NCBI GenBank assembly: GCA_012295275.1 | Contig: CM022675.1 | Coordinates: forward strand, 7,378,001 to 7,442,000 | DNA length: 64,000 nucleotides | DNA from: Chrysomallon squamiferum | Lineage: Eukaryota > Animalia > Mollusca | Reading direction: 5' to 3' | In this document: positions 28,961-41,265 of the stretch, one piece after another | Position numbering within the stretch: the stretch's first letter is position 1 | How the letters are laid out: each line of letters begins with the position of its first letter | Translations under genes and position numbers: made by a program | Notes under the pieces: generated by a model | The model's database searches: none | Told to the model about the DNA's origin: nothing | The model's input: the letters and a program-made list of their open reading frames with translations, nothing else

Positions 28961-29387
28961 GTTAAATTGTGAATGAATGCTGTGTTGAATTGCTTTTAGC
29001 ATTCTTCTTAATATGTTAAATTGTGAATGAATGCTGTTTTGAATTGTTTTTAGCATTCTTCTTCATATGTTAAATTGTGAATGAATGCTGTGTTGAATCA
29101 CTTTTAGCATTCTTAACATGTTAAATTGTGAATGAATGCTATGTTGAATCACTTTTAGCATTATTCTTAATGTTAAATTGTGAATGAATGCTGTTTTGAA
29201 TTGTTTTTAGCATTCTTCTTAATATGTTAAATTGTGAATGAATGCTGTTTTGAATTGTTTTTAGCATTCTTCTTCATATGTTAAATTGTGAATGAATGCT
29301 GTGTTGAATCATTTTAAAGCATTCCTCTTAATATGTTAAATTGTGAATGAATGCTATGTTGAATTGTTTTAGCATTCTTCTTAATGT
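28961..29387. repeat. ~53-bp minisatellite, about 8 copies
   Basis: Unit gttaaattgtgaatgaatgctgt(g/t)ttgaattg(c/t)ttttagcattcttcttaatat. Confidence 0.95.
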
Positions 29388-30936
29388 TTAATTTTTTTTG
29401 TTCAAAGCAACAAAAGGTAATTTTGTTCCTGTGTTGTGTGTCTATTTATTTGTAAAACAAGGTAAATACTTAATACCATTCTGTTCTTTACAGTGGGTTG
29501 TTTGTTTTTTTAAATTTGTTTTTAAATTAAAATGTTTTTTTTTGTCATTTACTGCTCCCAGGTGTTCAGATGATTTCCACTTCAAACTGAGGTAAAGGTT
29601 AGAATGAACACTGTAATGTTACAAAGACTCAAATGGTCTCTAAACACTGATGATTTATGTGGATCGACTATATTGAAAATGAAAAAAAAACCATGTTATT
29701 TTGAAGTAATACAATTTATTTTTTAATTGTTTTTATTATTTGTTCCTTTGATATATTTATACCTTTTTTTTTTTTTTAATGACTAAAGTTTGTTGGTTTT
29801 TTTTTGTTAAATTTAAATACAATTTACCCTTTTTCAACCTCCCCCCCCCAAAAAAAATGGAAGAAATGATAATTTAAAAAAAATAAAATTCTTTCTTTTT
29901 ATCCTTTACTCATTTATTCTTTCCTTATTATTAATTTTTTTTTTAGTCCTTTTTTTCTTTTCGCTTTTCCTTTAAACTTCTTTTTTTTTTTTCAGTCTTT
30001 GCATTACTTTACAATCTTTCTTAGCATTCTTTTTTTTATTTTTTTTAAATATGTATACATTTTTACATTTACTTATATTTTTTTTATATTTTACATTTAC
30101 TTTGCAAAAAAACCCCCCAAAAAACCAAACCCAAAATGTTCTCATTTCCAAAATCCTCTTTCATCTCTCACCTGCCAAGCCCAGGTATGTTGTTGTATCT
30201 ACAGGTGGGGTGTAACCCATTGCCCTGGGGGTTGTGTCTACAACCTGTATGGCTTCCCACAGCCTCTGGCTTATCTGAATTCGGAGTAGATTTGACACCT
30301 GCTATATTACATTCTAGGATACACGCCTTTTCAAAAATTTCTCTCTTTTTTTTTATAATTTTTTTTTTTATTTTTATTTTTTTTACCTTTTCTGTGTATA
30401 AGTCCTCAGGCCCTCTGTGGATATACAGGGAATATTTTACATGCCTTTTAGCTTCTTCTTCTTCTTTTTCTTTTTTTTAAATGTCTTTTTGTTTTATTTC
30501 TTACCTTTGAGAATATTCTGTGTGTGTGTGTAATAAAAATAATAAAAGTGATGGGCATAATGTGTCTAGCTGACACTGTTTTAGCATTTAATAAATATTT
30601 GTGTTAGTCACACCCCTGCAGATGTTTTTTTTTTTTTTTTTATATATATATATTCTTGTATTTATTTTGTATGTGTGAGTGTGTTTATATGTTTATTTTT
30701 GTTTGTCTGTAAATACGTGCATGCATTGCATTGCATGTATTTACAAGATTATGTGTGTGTGTGTGCACGTGTGTGTGTGTGTGTATTTAAATGCAGTTTC
30801 CACATGGTAGTATCTTTAAATGTTTGTCTGCTTTGAGTGTAATTCAGACTATTATTTCTGATTACAAAAACCTGTTTTTCTGCATGTCTGTCTCTCTTCA
30901 TATGCAACAATTATACATTTTATATATATATATATA

Positions 30937-31149
30937 CATGTTGGTCCTAAAGTAGGTGGACAGTATGTGGGTTAGGGTTAGGGTTATATTATTGCAATGG
31001 TGTTCATTATAACTATGGTATTTGTGCTATATTATTAAAAAGTGTATAACTACAATTATTTAAATTTAATATTTTGGAGTAAATATAATTGTATATGTAA
31101 TCTAAAAATAAATGTTGTCTTTTACCATCCACCTACTTTTGGACCACCC

Positions 31150-31151
<2 letters not shown>
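30937..31151. mobile_element. Tc1/mariner-type MITE
   Basis: TIRs ggtcctaaagtaggtgga (30943-30960) and tccacctacttttggacc (31128-31145), 17/18 match. Ends approximate CAGGGTGGTCC and sit in (TA)n, consistent with a TA target site. Confidence 0.75.
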
Positions 31152-31183
<32 letters not shown>

Positions 31184-31185
31184 TT

Positions 31186-31216
<31 letters not shown>

Positions 31217-31569
31217 ATAGCCCTGTATATGTGTGTATGTATGTAAATTTATGGTTTAACTGTACATGAATGTCTTCAAATACAGGAATACCATACCTTA
31301 TTTGTGTATGTGTGTCAACAGACTATTTAGACATCTTTATAATTTGTATTAAGTATTTTGGAACTCATAGATTGAATTTGTAGTTACTTTAATGTGGTTG
31401 CGTTTGTATGTGTATGAATATTTCAGCATATTTACAAGCACAATTGTAAGTAAAACTGTAATATCTCTGTCTGTGTGTCTCTCTTCATGTATAGTCTCTA
31501 TGTCTGTCTGTCTGTTTGTATGTCTCTCTCTCTCTCTCTCTAAATATATATATATTTATCAGTCTATAA

Positions 31570-32180
31570 CAGTCCATACTGTAATTCAGTAATGGTCCAT
31601 GTTATGAGTAAAAACCTCCATACTGTTATTAATTCAACAGTAGTTCATACTGTTACTAAATGCTGTCACTAAGTCTACAGCAGTCCACGAATCACTAGTT
31701 CAACAATAATCCATGCTGTCACTAACTGAACAATAGTCCATGCTGTCACTAAATCAACAACAGTGCATACTGTCACTAATTGAACAACAGTCCATACTGT
31801 GACTGACTCACCAAGTCTGTGTTATGACTAAAAATAGCCCATACTGTCACTAGTTCAAATATAGTCCATACTGTCACTAGTTCAACAAGTCCATTCTGTC
31901 ACTAGTTCAACAAAAGTCCATTCTGTCACTAATTCAACAACAGTCCATACTGTCAGTAATTCAACAACAGTCCATACTGTCACTAGTTCAACAACAGTCC
32001 ATTCTGTCACTAGTGCAACAACAGTCCATTCTGTCACTAGTGCAACAACAGTAGTCCATACTGTCACTAATGCAACAACAGTCCATTCTGTCACTAGTGC
32101 AACAACAGTAGTCCATACTGTCACTAGTTCAACAAGTCCATTCTGTCACTAGTTCAACAAGTCCATTCTGTCACTAATTC
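31570..32180. repeat. 25-30 bp (mostly 27 bp) minisatellite
   Basis: Unit gtccat(a/t)ctgtcactagt(t/g)caacaaca, homogeneous at the 3' end and decayed at the 5' end. Confidence 0.95.
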
Positions 32181-32549
32181 CCTCGTGGACAGAAACACTA
32201 ACTGAGCAGTGCTAATTTACTGAGAGACATCAACATGATGTTTTCAACGTTACACCCACTTGGAGACAGCTTAAACAGCACGCAGGAAGTGAGTCACGTT
32301 AACCTCTCCCCTCTCTCCGGCTTTACCCAGCGGCTTTACTCAACGGCTTGTCTAAGCCGTCTATCCCGAGTCTGTACATCTGTTTCAAACAGCCGTTTAT
32401 TGTGTGTCGCAAATTTTATTACACATTTGACTTTACGACAGAAAGGCAAAAAAACAAAAAAAAAGAATTAAAAATTGAAAAAATCGAAAATGTTTTTGTG
32501 CAAAGAAGTATTTACTTTATTATGTCTGCCTTTTGTGAATATCAAAAGA

Positions 32550-32581
<32 letters not shown>

Positions 32582-33168
32582 ATGTATTGAAAATGAAAGG
32601 AAATAAAAAAAAAAGTTCAAATATTGAATTGTACTATATTTTATTATTATGTTTTTAAAAAAAAAAATTTTTTTTTTTTTTTTTTTAACAAATTGAAACA
32701 ACTTTTTTATGGCTTTATTTGATAAATAATGTAAACTGGAACTAAAGAAAAAGCTGCTAAAATGACCCGAGAACAGAAATATAGGTAAATTGATTTTGTA
32801 GAAATTAGAAAATAACATATGAATAGGATTTTAATTGTTAGGTATAAAAACAGGTATTTAATAACATGACATTTGTAAACATGGCACACACATAATCACG
32901 TATGTATACATGACATTTGTATACATGTTTGTAAATGTGGTATCAGAACAATGAGAACTTTTTTGCTTAGTAGTATTATGTTTGTTTTTGTTTTTAAATT
33001 ATAATGACAGGTGTTAGAATATTAATACATGTATTTCTTTATGGACTGAGATATACACAAGCTAATATTTTAACATACACATACATATACACACACATTA
33101 TACATACTTCATATATATATAAATAAATAAAGATATGTATACACAGAAATGTTACATTTTCTCTCTCA

Positions 33169-33219
<51 letters not shown>

Positions 33220-33839
33220 CAAAAACTTACAGACATAAACCCTATATATAGGTCTTTTTTCTTTCACTCACTCACTCTTTCTTTTTCTCTCACACACACA
33301 AAACCCCCCAAATATACAAGTTAAATACACACAGTACATCATCATCATCATCATCATCATCACCATCATCATCATCTATTATTTATTAAATATATATTCT
33401 CTCTCTCTCTCTCCTTACACTACCCCACCCCCCACCTCCTATCCTACACTCACTTACATTTAAAAATTATCAATTTTGCAAACACAATAGGGCTGTGTAC
33501 ATTTTTTGATTTTTTTTCTCCTTCCACTAAACTGTTCTCAAGATGGGCTCAGGAAGGTCAATAACAAAACTTTCATTGTGGCGTGCACAAATTAAGACTG
33601 TTGGCCCCCTGCCCTGGGAAAGCTGGTATCGCAGATTGTGTGGAATGTTTCCGCGATGGACACAGTGCTTTACCGGGCTGTGTAACCAAATTGGTCTGGC
33701 AAACATGACTGCAGCTGAAAGCACACTGTCCTGTTTGGTGTTGTCGATGCGGCCGTCAGGTGCGAGGGTCCAGTCGAGAACTGCGCCCCCTTGTGGGAAC
33801 TGGCAGAGAAAGGCAAACATGTCTTAAGCAACACTTGGA

Positions 33840-33870
<31 letters not shown>

Positions 33871-33964
33871 GACGAGTTTCCCATATTCAAACAGTTGAAA
33901 AGTAAATCTGTGAAGTTCTTGAGGTGTAGAGAAAGTGTGGGGCTTAACCTGAAACTTTGAGTCT

Positions 33965-34046
33965 GTACATACATACAGACACATATACACACATACACAC
34001 ATATATATACATACATACATACACATACATACATACATACACACAG

Positions 34047-34089
<43 letters not shown>

Positions 34090-34229
34090 CACACACATAA
34101 ACACAACACATATACATACATACATACACACATACACATATACACACATACATACATACATATATATACATAAACACACACACATATACATACATACATA
34201 CACACACACATACACACACACACATACAT

Positions 34230-34292
<63 letters not shown>

Positions 34293-34355
34293 CATGTACA
34301 TAAACACACACACATAAATTCAAACATAAATTCATAAACATACATACATACATAT

Positions 34356-34412
<57 letters not shown>

Positions 34413-34800
34413 TACAAATACATATACATACATACAAACATATATATCTATATACACTCATATATACCACACATGGATATACATGGTAATATATATGAAA
34501 AAGACACATACATTTATCCACACATAATATAAACTCGGACACCCACCCACATACACAACCTATCCATTTGTCTGCACATACATACACATCTGTAAATATA
34601 CATCATATAAACACAGATATACATACATACACACACACACCCATACCCACATATATCCATTCATCGATTCATACATACAAATATACTTAATGATATACAT
34701 ACATACATACATACATACATGTATTCATCTGTGTAGCTATACAGTCACACACACACCACACACTACTCTCATACACACACATACACACATGTACAGAATA
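33965..34800. repeat. Compound (CA)n/(TACA)n/(TA)n low-complexity tract
   Basis: Directly visible. It explains the 305, 185 and 165 aa minus-strand ORFs. Confidence 0.95.
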
Positions 34801-37129
34801 CACATGTATTGTAAAAATATTAAAATTTAAACTACATCAACAACAACAGTAGTGACTGTTTTAAACAAGCCCAGAAGATAAGAGATACAAACAACTGCAA
34901 CAACAGGTTTTATTTATTTTATAAATATTTTATAAACCTTTATGATCATTGTGTTATTTTTCATATTCAAATGTTCAAAAATAAATTATATATTAACCAA
35001 AAAGATTAGAAAAATTAATATTAATACATTAATAATAATAATAATAAAAAACTTCAAAAAAAAAATGAACAAAGAAAACTAAAAACCCCAATACGATAAC
35101 AAATTTAATAATTTAAAAAATTTAATACATAAAAACAAAATTATAAATAAATAAATAAATAATAATAATATTAAATCAAAAATAGCAATATAAGAAAAAA
35201 CAATAATCATTATTAAAAAATTATTAATAAAAATTACTACCAATAAAATAAAAATAATAATAAAGTGATAAAGAAATAAAATATATTTTCTACTGTATTT
35301 ATTTATTACGAATGTTACTTACATGTTAGAGTCAAATGCACTCCAGATGATCTGAAATAAGGTTTATAGATGTTTTATTGTTTTGTTGTACCAGAAAAAT
35401 AGTGCTATATTTTTAAATTAAAAAAAATTAATAATTTCTTGTGTAAAAATAATGATAAATTTCAGCTGTTTTTTTTTAAAACAAAAAAACATTTTATTTA
35501 TTCTGAATGCAAGTTTGTCATTATTAAATAACCTAGTTTTTGTATCTGCCTACTAAGCAATGATATTTTTGTTGATGTTAACAATAATAAAAAAAATAAA
35601 ATGGTTTGAAAGACAAAGAACAATGTAAATGTTTGCATATTCAAACAGATAAAAATAAAAAAGAGAGATAGAAAAGATGCAAAACCAGTATGTTATATGT
35701 TTGTGTTTGTATTTCTCACAAGTACAACAACAATAACAACAACAAAAAGAAGTAAATGACACAATTTAAAACTTGTAAAAACATACTTGAGCACAAAATA
35801 CATACATACATATATACAAATTTATTTTTTATTTATTTTTTGACAGCAAATTTCCAACAACAGCATGCACAACAGTTTGATAATTTTCAGATAGTAAAGA
35901 TTCAAAAGCTAAAAAGTAAAAATTATAAATAAATATTTGTACAAAAAATATAGAAGGAAAAGCATTTTTCATTTCTGTGCAAACAAATGTCAGTTTTTCA
36001 TATTTTGATGAATGTGTTTTCATATGAGAAAGAATCCAGTAGTAATGAATGAATGAATGGATGAATGAATGAATAAATAAATAAATAATATTTCAAAAAA
36101 TTAAAAAATAAATAACAACAAGAACAACAAATAAAAAAGAAATAAAAAAGAAAACAACAACAACAAGAAAAAAAAAAAAAAAGAAAACCCCACTGGTTAT
36201 AATTTAAAATGTATATAAAATAAAATCATAAATAAAGTTACTGATAGAAATAATATTAATATTTTTTTAACATTCAATCAATAAATTCATCTGTTTGATG
36301 TTTTCAATACCTCTGGAAGATAATTCTTTGAAATGTATTGACCTTTGTGGATAAAAGTTGCCATTTTGAAAACAGTTAATCTTTATGTACCTAGTTATTT
36401 TTAATATATAGGACCAGCAGCTAGCTACTGTTCTTTTACCTATAGAATGAACACCTAGTTATCTTTGCCATTCATGCGCAAGACAGCACATATCCTTGTC
36501 TTTGATGTAACAGCTGCAGAGCAGTGGCTGGATTGGTAAATAAATTAATAGGGTCAGTGAGGTGTGAGGAGGTCTTGAAGATATTTTAGTAACAGTAGAA
36601 ATTTTTATACAAACTAAACTTCTCAAGACTCAGTCTGTTTAGTAACAAACAAAAATTGAGTTTTTATTTGTTGGGTTTATCTAAGAACAGTAAATTAACT
36701 TCTGTTGTTATTATTATTTTTTTTTTTTAATTTTATATATATATATATATATAAATAGCAAGTTTAAGTCTACTGGTGTTTAATTATTAAGTACATTTGT
36801 TATTGTTGTTTTTTTAAATTCAAGAAAAGTTTTACGTTTGCATGGACTTTTATTTATATATTAATAATATAAATATATATATATATACAGATATATTTTA
36901 AAAGAAATTTTAAAAAAATGAAAAATGATTAAAAAACAATTCGGCATGATAAAATGGTTATTGTGTTTTGAATTATCACTTTTTCACTTTTTACTTATCA
37001 AATTATGAATTTAAATGAACAGAACATTGGAAGTGTTTTATTTTATTTTTTTAGATTTTATACTATAAAACAATATATATATATTGAACATTTTTGCATT
37101 TTTGTTTTATTAATTAATTAATAATAATT

Positions 37130-37161
<32 letters not shown>

Positions 37162-38551
37162 TACTATTGTTGTTGTTGTAGTAGTTGTTAATGCTGCTGC
37201 TGTATTATTTGTTTATTTCTGTTGTGTACATCTTATTATTTTTCTTAAATGTAACATTACATATATGGAATTAAAACCAAAAATAGTTTTACTGAAATTA
37301 AAATTTCCTCAATATTCTATAAATGAAAATATACAAATTGATTTATTGACCCGAAACAAAAATAGTTTCATTGAAATTAAAATTTTCTCACTATTCTATA
37401 AATAAAAACAATTGTGATTGAAAGCTTAGATTAGAAGAAAAATGTAAAATAAAACAAGATATAATTTTATTCATACACCTCTGATATAGATTGTCAAAAG
37501 ATAATATATATATATTTTTTTAAATTAAAAATATATTTTTACAATGGCAAGGTCCCAGTCTGTTAAAATTTTGTCTCACAGTGAAAATATCATTTTGTTG
37601 TTTTTTAAAGGCAGTTTTATTTCTTATTTATATTTTTGTATTTATTATTATTTTTAAAATCATTTTATTTTAATAATTGGTTTTGTTTAATTGTTCTTTT
37701 CTTATTTGTATAATTTAGCCACTTCATTTATTTTCATTATTATTTTTAAAAAGTATATAAATATATATATAAATAAAATAAAAAGAAAAGTAAAACTTCC
37801 AAGAAACATACCTCATACTTTTAGTTAAAATATGTTTTAAAAATATACTTATTATCATTTTGCCTTTTTTTATTATACATGTTTATTTACATTCACATTT
37901 ATTATATTTATTATAAATTTTATTCCTTTTATTTACATTTTGTTTTATTTTTTTATTCTTTCCAAAATATTTTCTACATTAAATATGCAGTTAATTTTGA
38001 GTACTAAAGCCATTATAATTACATATGTAAAATCATCCAGAGTAATTTGTACACATTATCTGTCGCAGAACATTGTTTTTCTGATTTGTACTTAATTTTT
38101 TAAGATTTTAATTTCAAATACAGATTTCTGGCAAATTAATAAATTAAAATATAAATGTTTAATAGCTTGAAAAAATTTGTAAAGAAATAAAAAAAAAAGT
38201 TACAAAAATAAATCTGGTTTTAAATTGGATTGAATGTTGTAGTATCTTATAGGAGCAGAGAAAAAAAAAAAAAAAAACGATGCTTTTAAAAAAAAAAAAA
38301 AAATCTAATTTTCCATTACTTCTTAATTGATTTATTTTATTTCTGTGAGTAGTGTATTTAAATTGTAAGTAGCAGTAGCTAAACAGTAAAGAGTTTTCAA
38401 CAATCTCTTGTTTCCAGGGAATAAAATGTATTATGACACCTCTTTGTTTTAATATCAAGTTATTTGATAGCTTGTTATGGGCATAGTAGATGCCGGTTCA
38501 CTGGTTAGTCAAGCTGGGTGACGGCTTAGTGATTAAGCCATTTATATGACA

Positions 38552-39860
38552 GCTTAGTTGTTAGCAGTTTAGATGATGGTTTAGTGGTTAGTAGTTTAGA
38601 TGATGGTTTAGTGGTTAGCAGTTTAGATGATGGGTTAGTGGTTAGCAGTTTAGATGATGGGTTAGTAGTTTAGATGATGGATTATTGGTTAGCAGTTTAG
38701 ATGATGGGTTAGTAGTTTAGATGGTGGGTTAGTGGTTAGCAGTTTAGATGATGGGTTAGTGGTTAGCAGTTTAGATGATGGGTTAGCAGTTTAGATGATG
38801 GATTATTGGTTAGCAGTTTAGATGATGGGTTAGTAGTTTAGATGATGGATTATTGGTTAGCAGTTTAGATGATGGGTTAGTAGTTTAGATGATGGGTTAG
38901 CAGTTTAGATGATGGGTTAGCAGTTTAGATGATGGGTTAGTAGTTTAGATGATGGATTATTGGTTAGCAGTTTAGATGATGGGTTAGTAGTTTAGATGAT
39001 GGGTTAGTGGTTAGCAGTTTAGATGATGGGTTAGTGGTTAGCAGTTTAGATGATGGGTTAGCAGTTTAGATGATGGATTATTGGTTTTTAGATGATGGGT
39101 TAGTAGTTTAGATGATGGATTATTGGTTAGCAGTTTAGATGATGGGTTAGTAGTTTAGATGATGGGTTAGCAGTTTAGATGATGGGTTAGCAGTTTAGAT
39201 GATGGATTATTGGTTAGCAGTTTAGATGATGGGTTAGTAGTTTAGATGATGGGTTAGTGGTTAGCAGTTTAGATGATGGGTTAGCAGTTTAGATGATGGG
39301 TTAGTGGTTAGCAGTTTAGATGATGGGTTAGTAGTTTAGATGATGGATTATTGGTTAGCAGTTTAGATGTGGTTTAGTGGTTAGCAGTTTTGATGATGGT
39401 TTAGTGGTTAGTAGTTAGTGGTTAGCAGTTTAGATGATGATTTAGTGGTTAGTAGTTTAGATAATGGCTCAGTGGTTAGCAGTTTAGATGTGGTTTAGTG
39501 GTTAGCAGTTTAGATGTGGTTTAGTGGTTAGCAGTTTAGATGATGGTTTAGTGGTTAGCAGTTTCCATGATGATTTAGTGGTTAGCAGTTTAGATGATGG
39601 GTTAGTGGTTAGCAGTTCAGATGTGGTTTAGTGCTTAGCAGTTTAGATGTGGTTTAGTGGTTAGCAGTTTAGATGATGGTTTAGTGGTTAGCAGTTTCCA
39701 TGATGATTTAGTGGTTAGCAGTTTAGATGATGGGTTAGTGGTTAGCAGTTCAGATGTGGTTTAGTGCTTAGCAGTTTAGATGTGGTTTAGTGGTTAGCAA
39801 TTTAGATGATGGTTTAGTGGTTAGCAGTTTAGATGATGGTTCAGTGGTTAGCAGTTTAGT
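38552..39860. repeat. 1.3-kb G/T-rich satellite of 19- and 27-bp units
   Basis: Units gtttagatgatgggttag(ca/ta) with optional tggttag inserts, and variants ggattattggttagca and gatgtggtttagtggttagca. Confidence 0.97.
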
Positions 39861-40011
39861 AAATTGCTTAGTGTTTAAGAGGGACAAGGGTGGTACATTT
39901 TTTGTATCAGTGTTAATAACCTATTTGCTCTAATGTTTCGTCTTTTCTTCTCTGAATAAACAGTCAGAAAAAGATAAAATGGTGGCTTTCAGGTGTTTTC
40001 TAACAATAAAA

Positions 40012-40105
40012 TATTCTCCTGTATATGAGAAGGTATTCACAAAAGATTTCTTGCTGCTAAATGGCAGCAACTCTCCTCCTTAATTATCTGCATGCTCCTT
40101 ACATC
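40012..40105 (+). mobile_element. Degenerate SINE central-domain fragment (MetaSINE/MESC-like)
   Basis: tcctgtatatgagaaggtattcacaaaagatttcttgctgctaa...cctc...tatctg...tcctta resembles from memory the molluscan SINE core TATCCTGTCTGTGGGATGGTGCATATAAAAGAACCCTTGCTGCTAA. Not verified by search. Confidence 0.4.
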
Positions 40106-40529
40106 TGAAGTGATGTAAATCATGGATTACAAATGTATAAGATTTTTTTTTACGGGAGGTTTTTTGGTTTTTGGTTTTTGGTTTTTGGTTTTCATAACAT
40201 ATTTCTACCCTAATACAAATTTTATAATAGTTAAGACATTGGACTTGAGACTGACAGAGGCTAGGTTCAAATCTTGTAAAGGATATTTTTCTGCTAATAA
40301 AAAAAGAAAAAAAATGAATTGCCCTTTGCCTTCTAGAAACTGGTTTCTTTTCTGATTATTTATGATAGCATGTAAGACTATGTCAAAAATGTGTTTTTAA
40401 AACTGTAGTGTATTTTGTCTCCAGTTTAAAATTTGATTTTCAGTTATATGGCATCACCAAACAATGTTTAATAAAACTGAATTTGATATTTTTTTATTTC
40501 TAATTCACAATTCTGATTTCTGCTTTTAC

Positions 40530-41265
40530 TTATGTGTGTGACATCGTAAAATAATAAATTACAATTATCTTGTTTAATAAAAATGTTTTCCTTCTTTTAC
40601 ACTTTCTTTCTTTCTAATTGACTTTATTATTTTTTTTTTTACATGCATATGACAACATTTTGCAAGAGAGTATTTTGTTTAATAAAATCTTTCTTTCTTT
40701 CCAATTAATTATAATTTTTAATTATGTGCATATGACAACATATTACAACAGATTAAAAATACGTTTATTAAAGCTTTTTTTTTTTTTCTATCTTTCAAAA
40801 TAATTGTAATTTTTAATTATATGTATGACATAATATTACAACAGATTAAAAATATAATGGTTAATAAAGTTTCTTTCTTTTTCTTTCTTTCTTTCTTTCT
40901 TTCTTTCTAAATGATATGTGTATGACATCAGAACATGGAAGTTTAAAAATATCTTGTTTGTTAAAACTTTTCTTTATCTTGCTTTTCTTTCTTTTTCTTT
41001 CTTTATCTCTTTTTTTATTCTTTCTTTCTTTCTTTCTTTCTTTCTAATTAACTGAGATTTTTAATTACATATATGATTAAAAATAACAGCAGATTAAAAA
41101 TATCTTGTTTAATAAAACTTTCTTATTATTTTTCTTTTTCAGTCTTTCTTTACTTTGTTTGTTTGTTTGTTTCTTTCTTTCTAATTAACAGTGTGTGTTT
41201 TTTTTTAATTATATGTATGACATCATATAACAGCAGGATAAAAATATCTTGTTTAATAAAATTTT
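40530..41265. repeat. Degenerate ~100-140 bp tandem repeat with CTTT tracts
   Basis: tatgtgtatgacat...acagattaaaaatatcttgtttaataaaa recurs about 7 times. Confidence 0.75.

Noticed and set aside
28961-29387. CRISPR-like appearance of hairpin-containing repeats (also 54447-54868)
   Set aside because: Units are head-to-tail without unique spacers, there are no cas genes, and the context is eukaryotic.
30165-30330. GC-richer segment with an open minus-strand frame and an ag|gtgag donor-like end
   Set aside because: No recognisable protein similarity, no convincing acceptor and no partner exons. Probably an old repeat fragment.
31882-32124. Repetitive ORF (TVWTVVELV) and the mucin-like VHTVTSSTT frame on the plus strand
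   Set aside because: Comes from the 27-bp minisatellite. 25-bp units break the frame, and no splice sites or start were found.
33670-34587. Longest ORFs in the track (305, 185 and 165 aa, minus strand)
   Set aside because: Translations of CA/TACA/TA microsatellite (VCVCMYVC), with no domain content.
38552-39860. Interstitial telomere
   Set aside because: GGGTTAG occurs only once per 19-27 bp unit and there are no tandem TTAGGG runs.
40228-40276. tRNA gene
   Set aside because: Only a partial D-loop/anticodon-like stretch and a B-box-like motif, with no acceptor stem. At best a SINE remnant.
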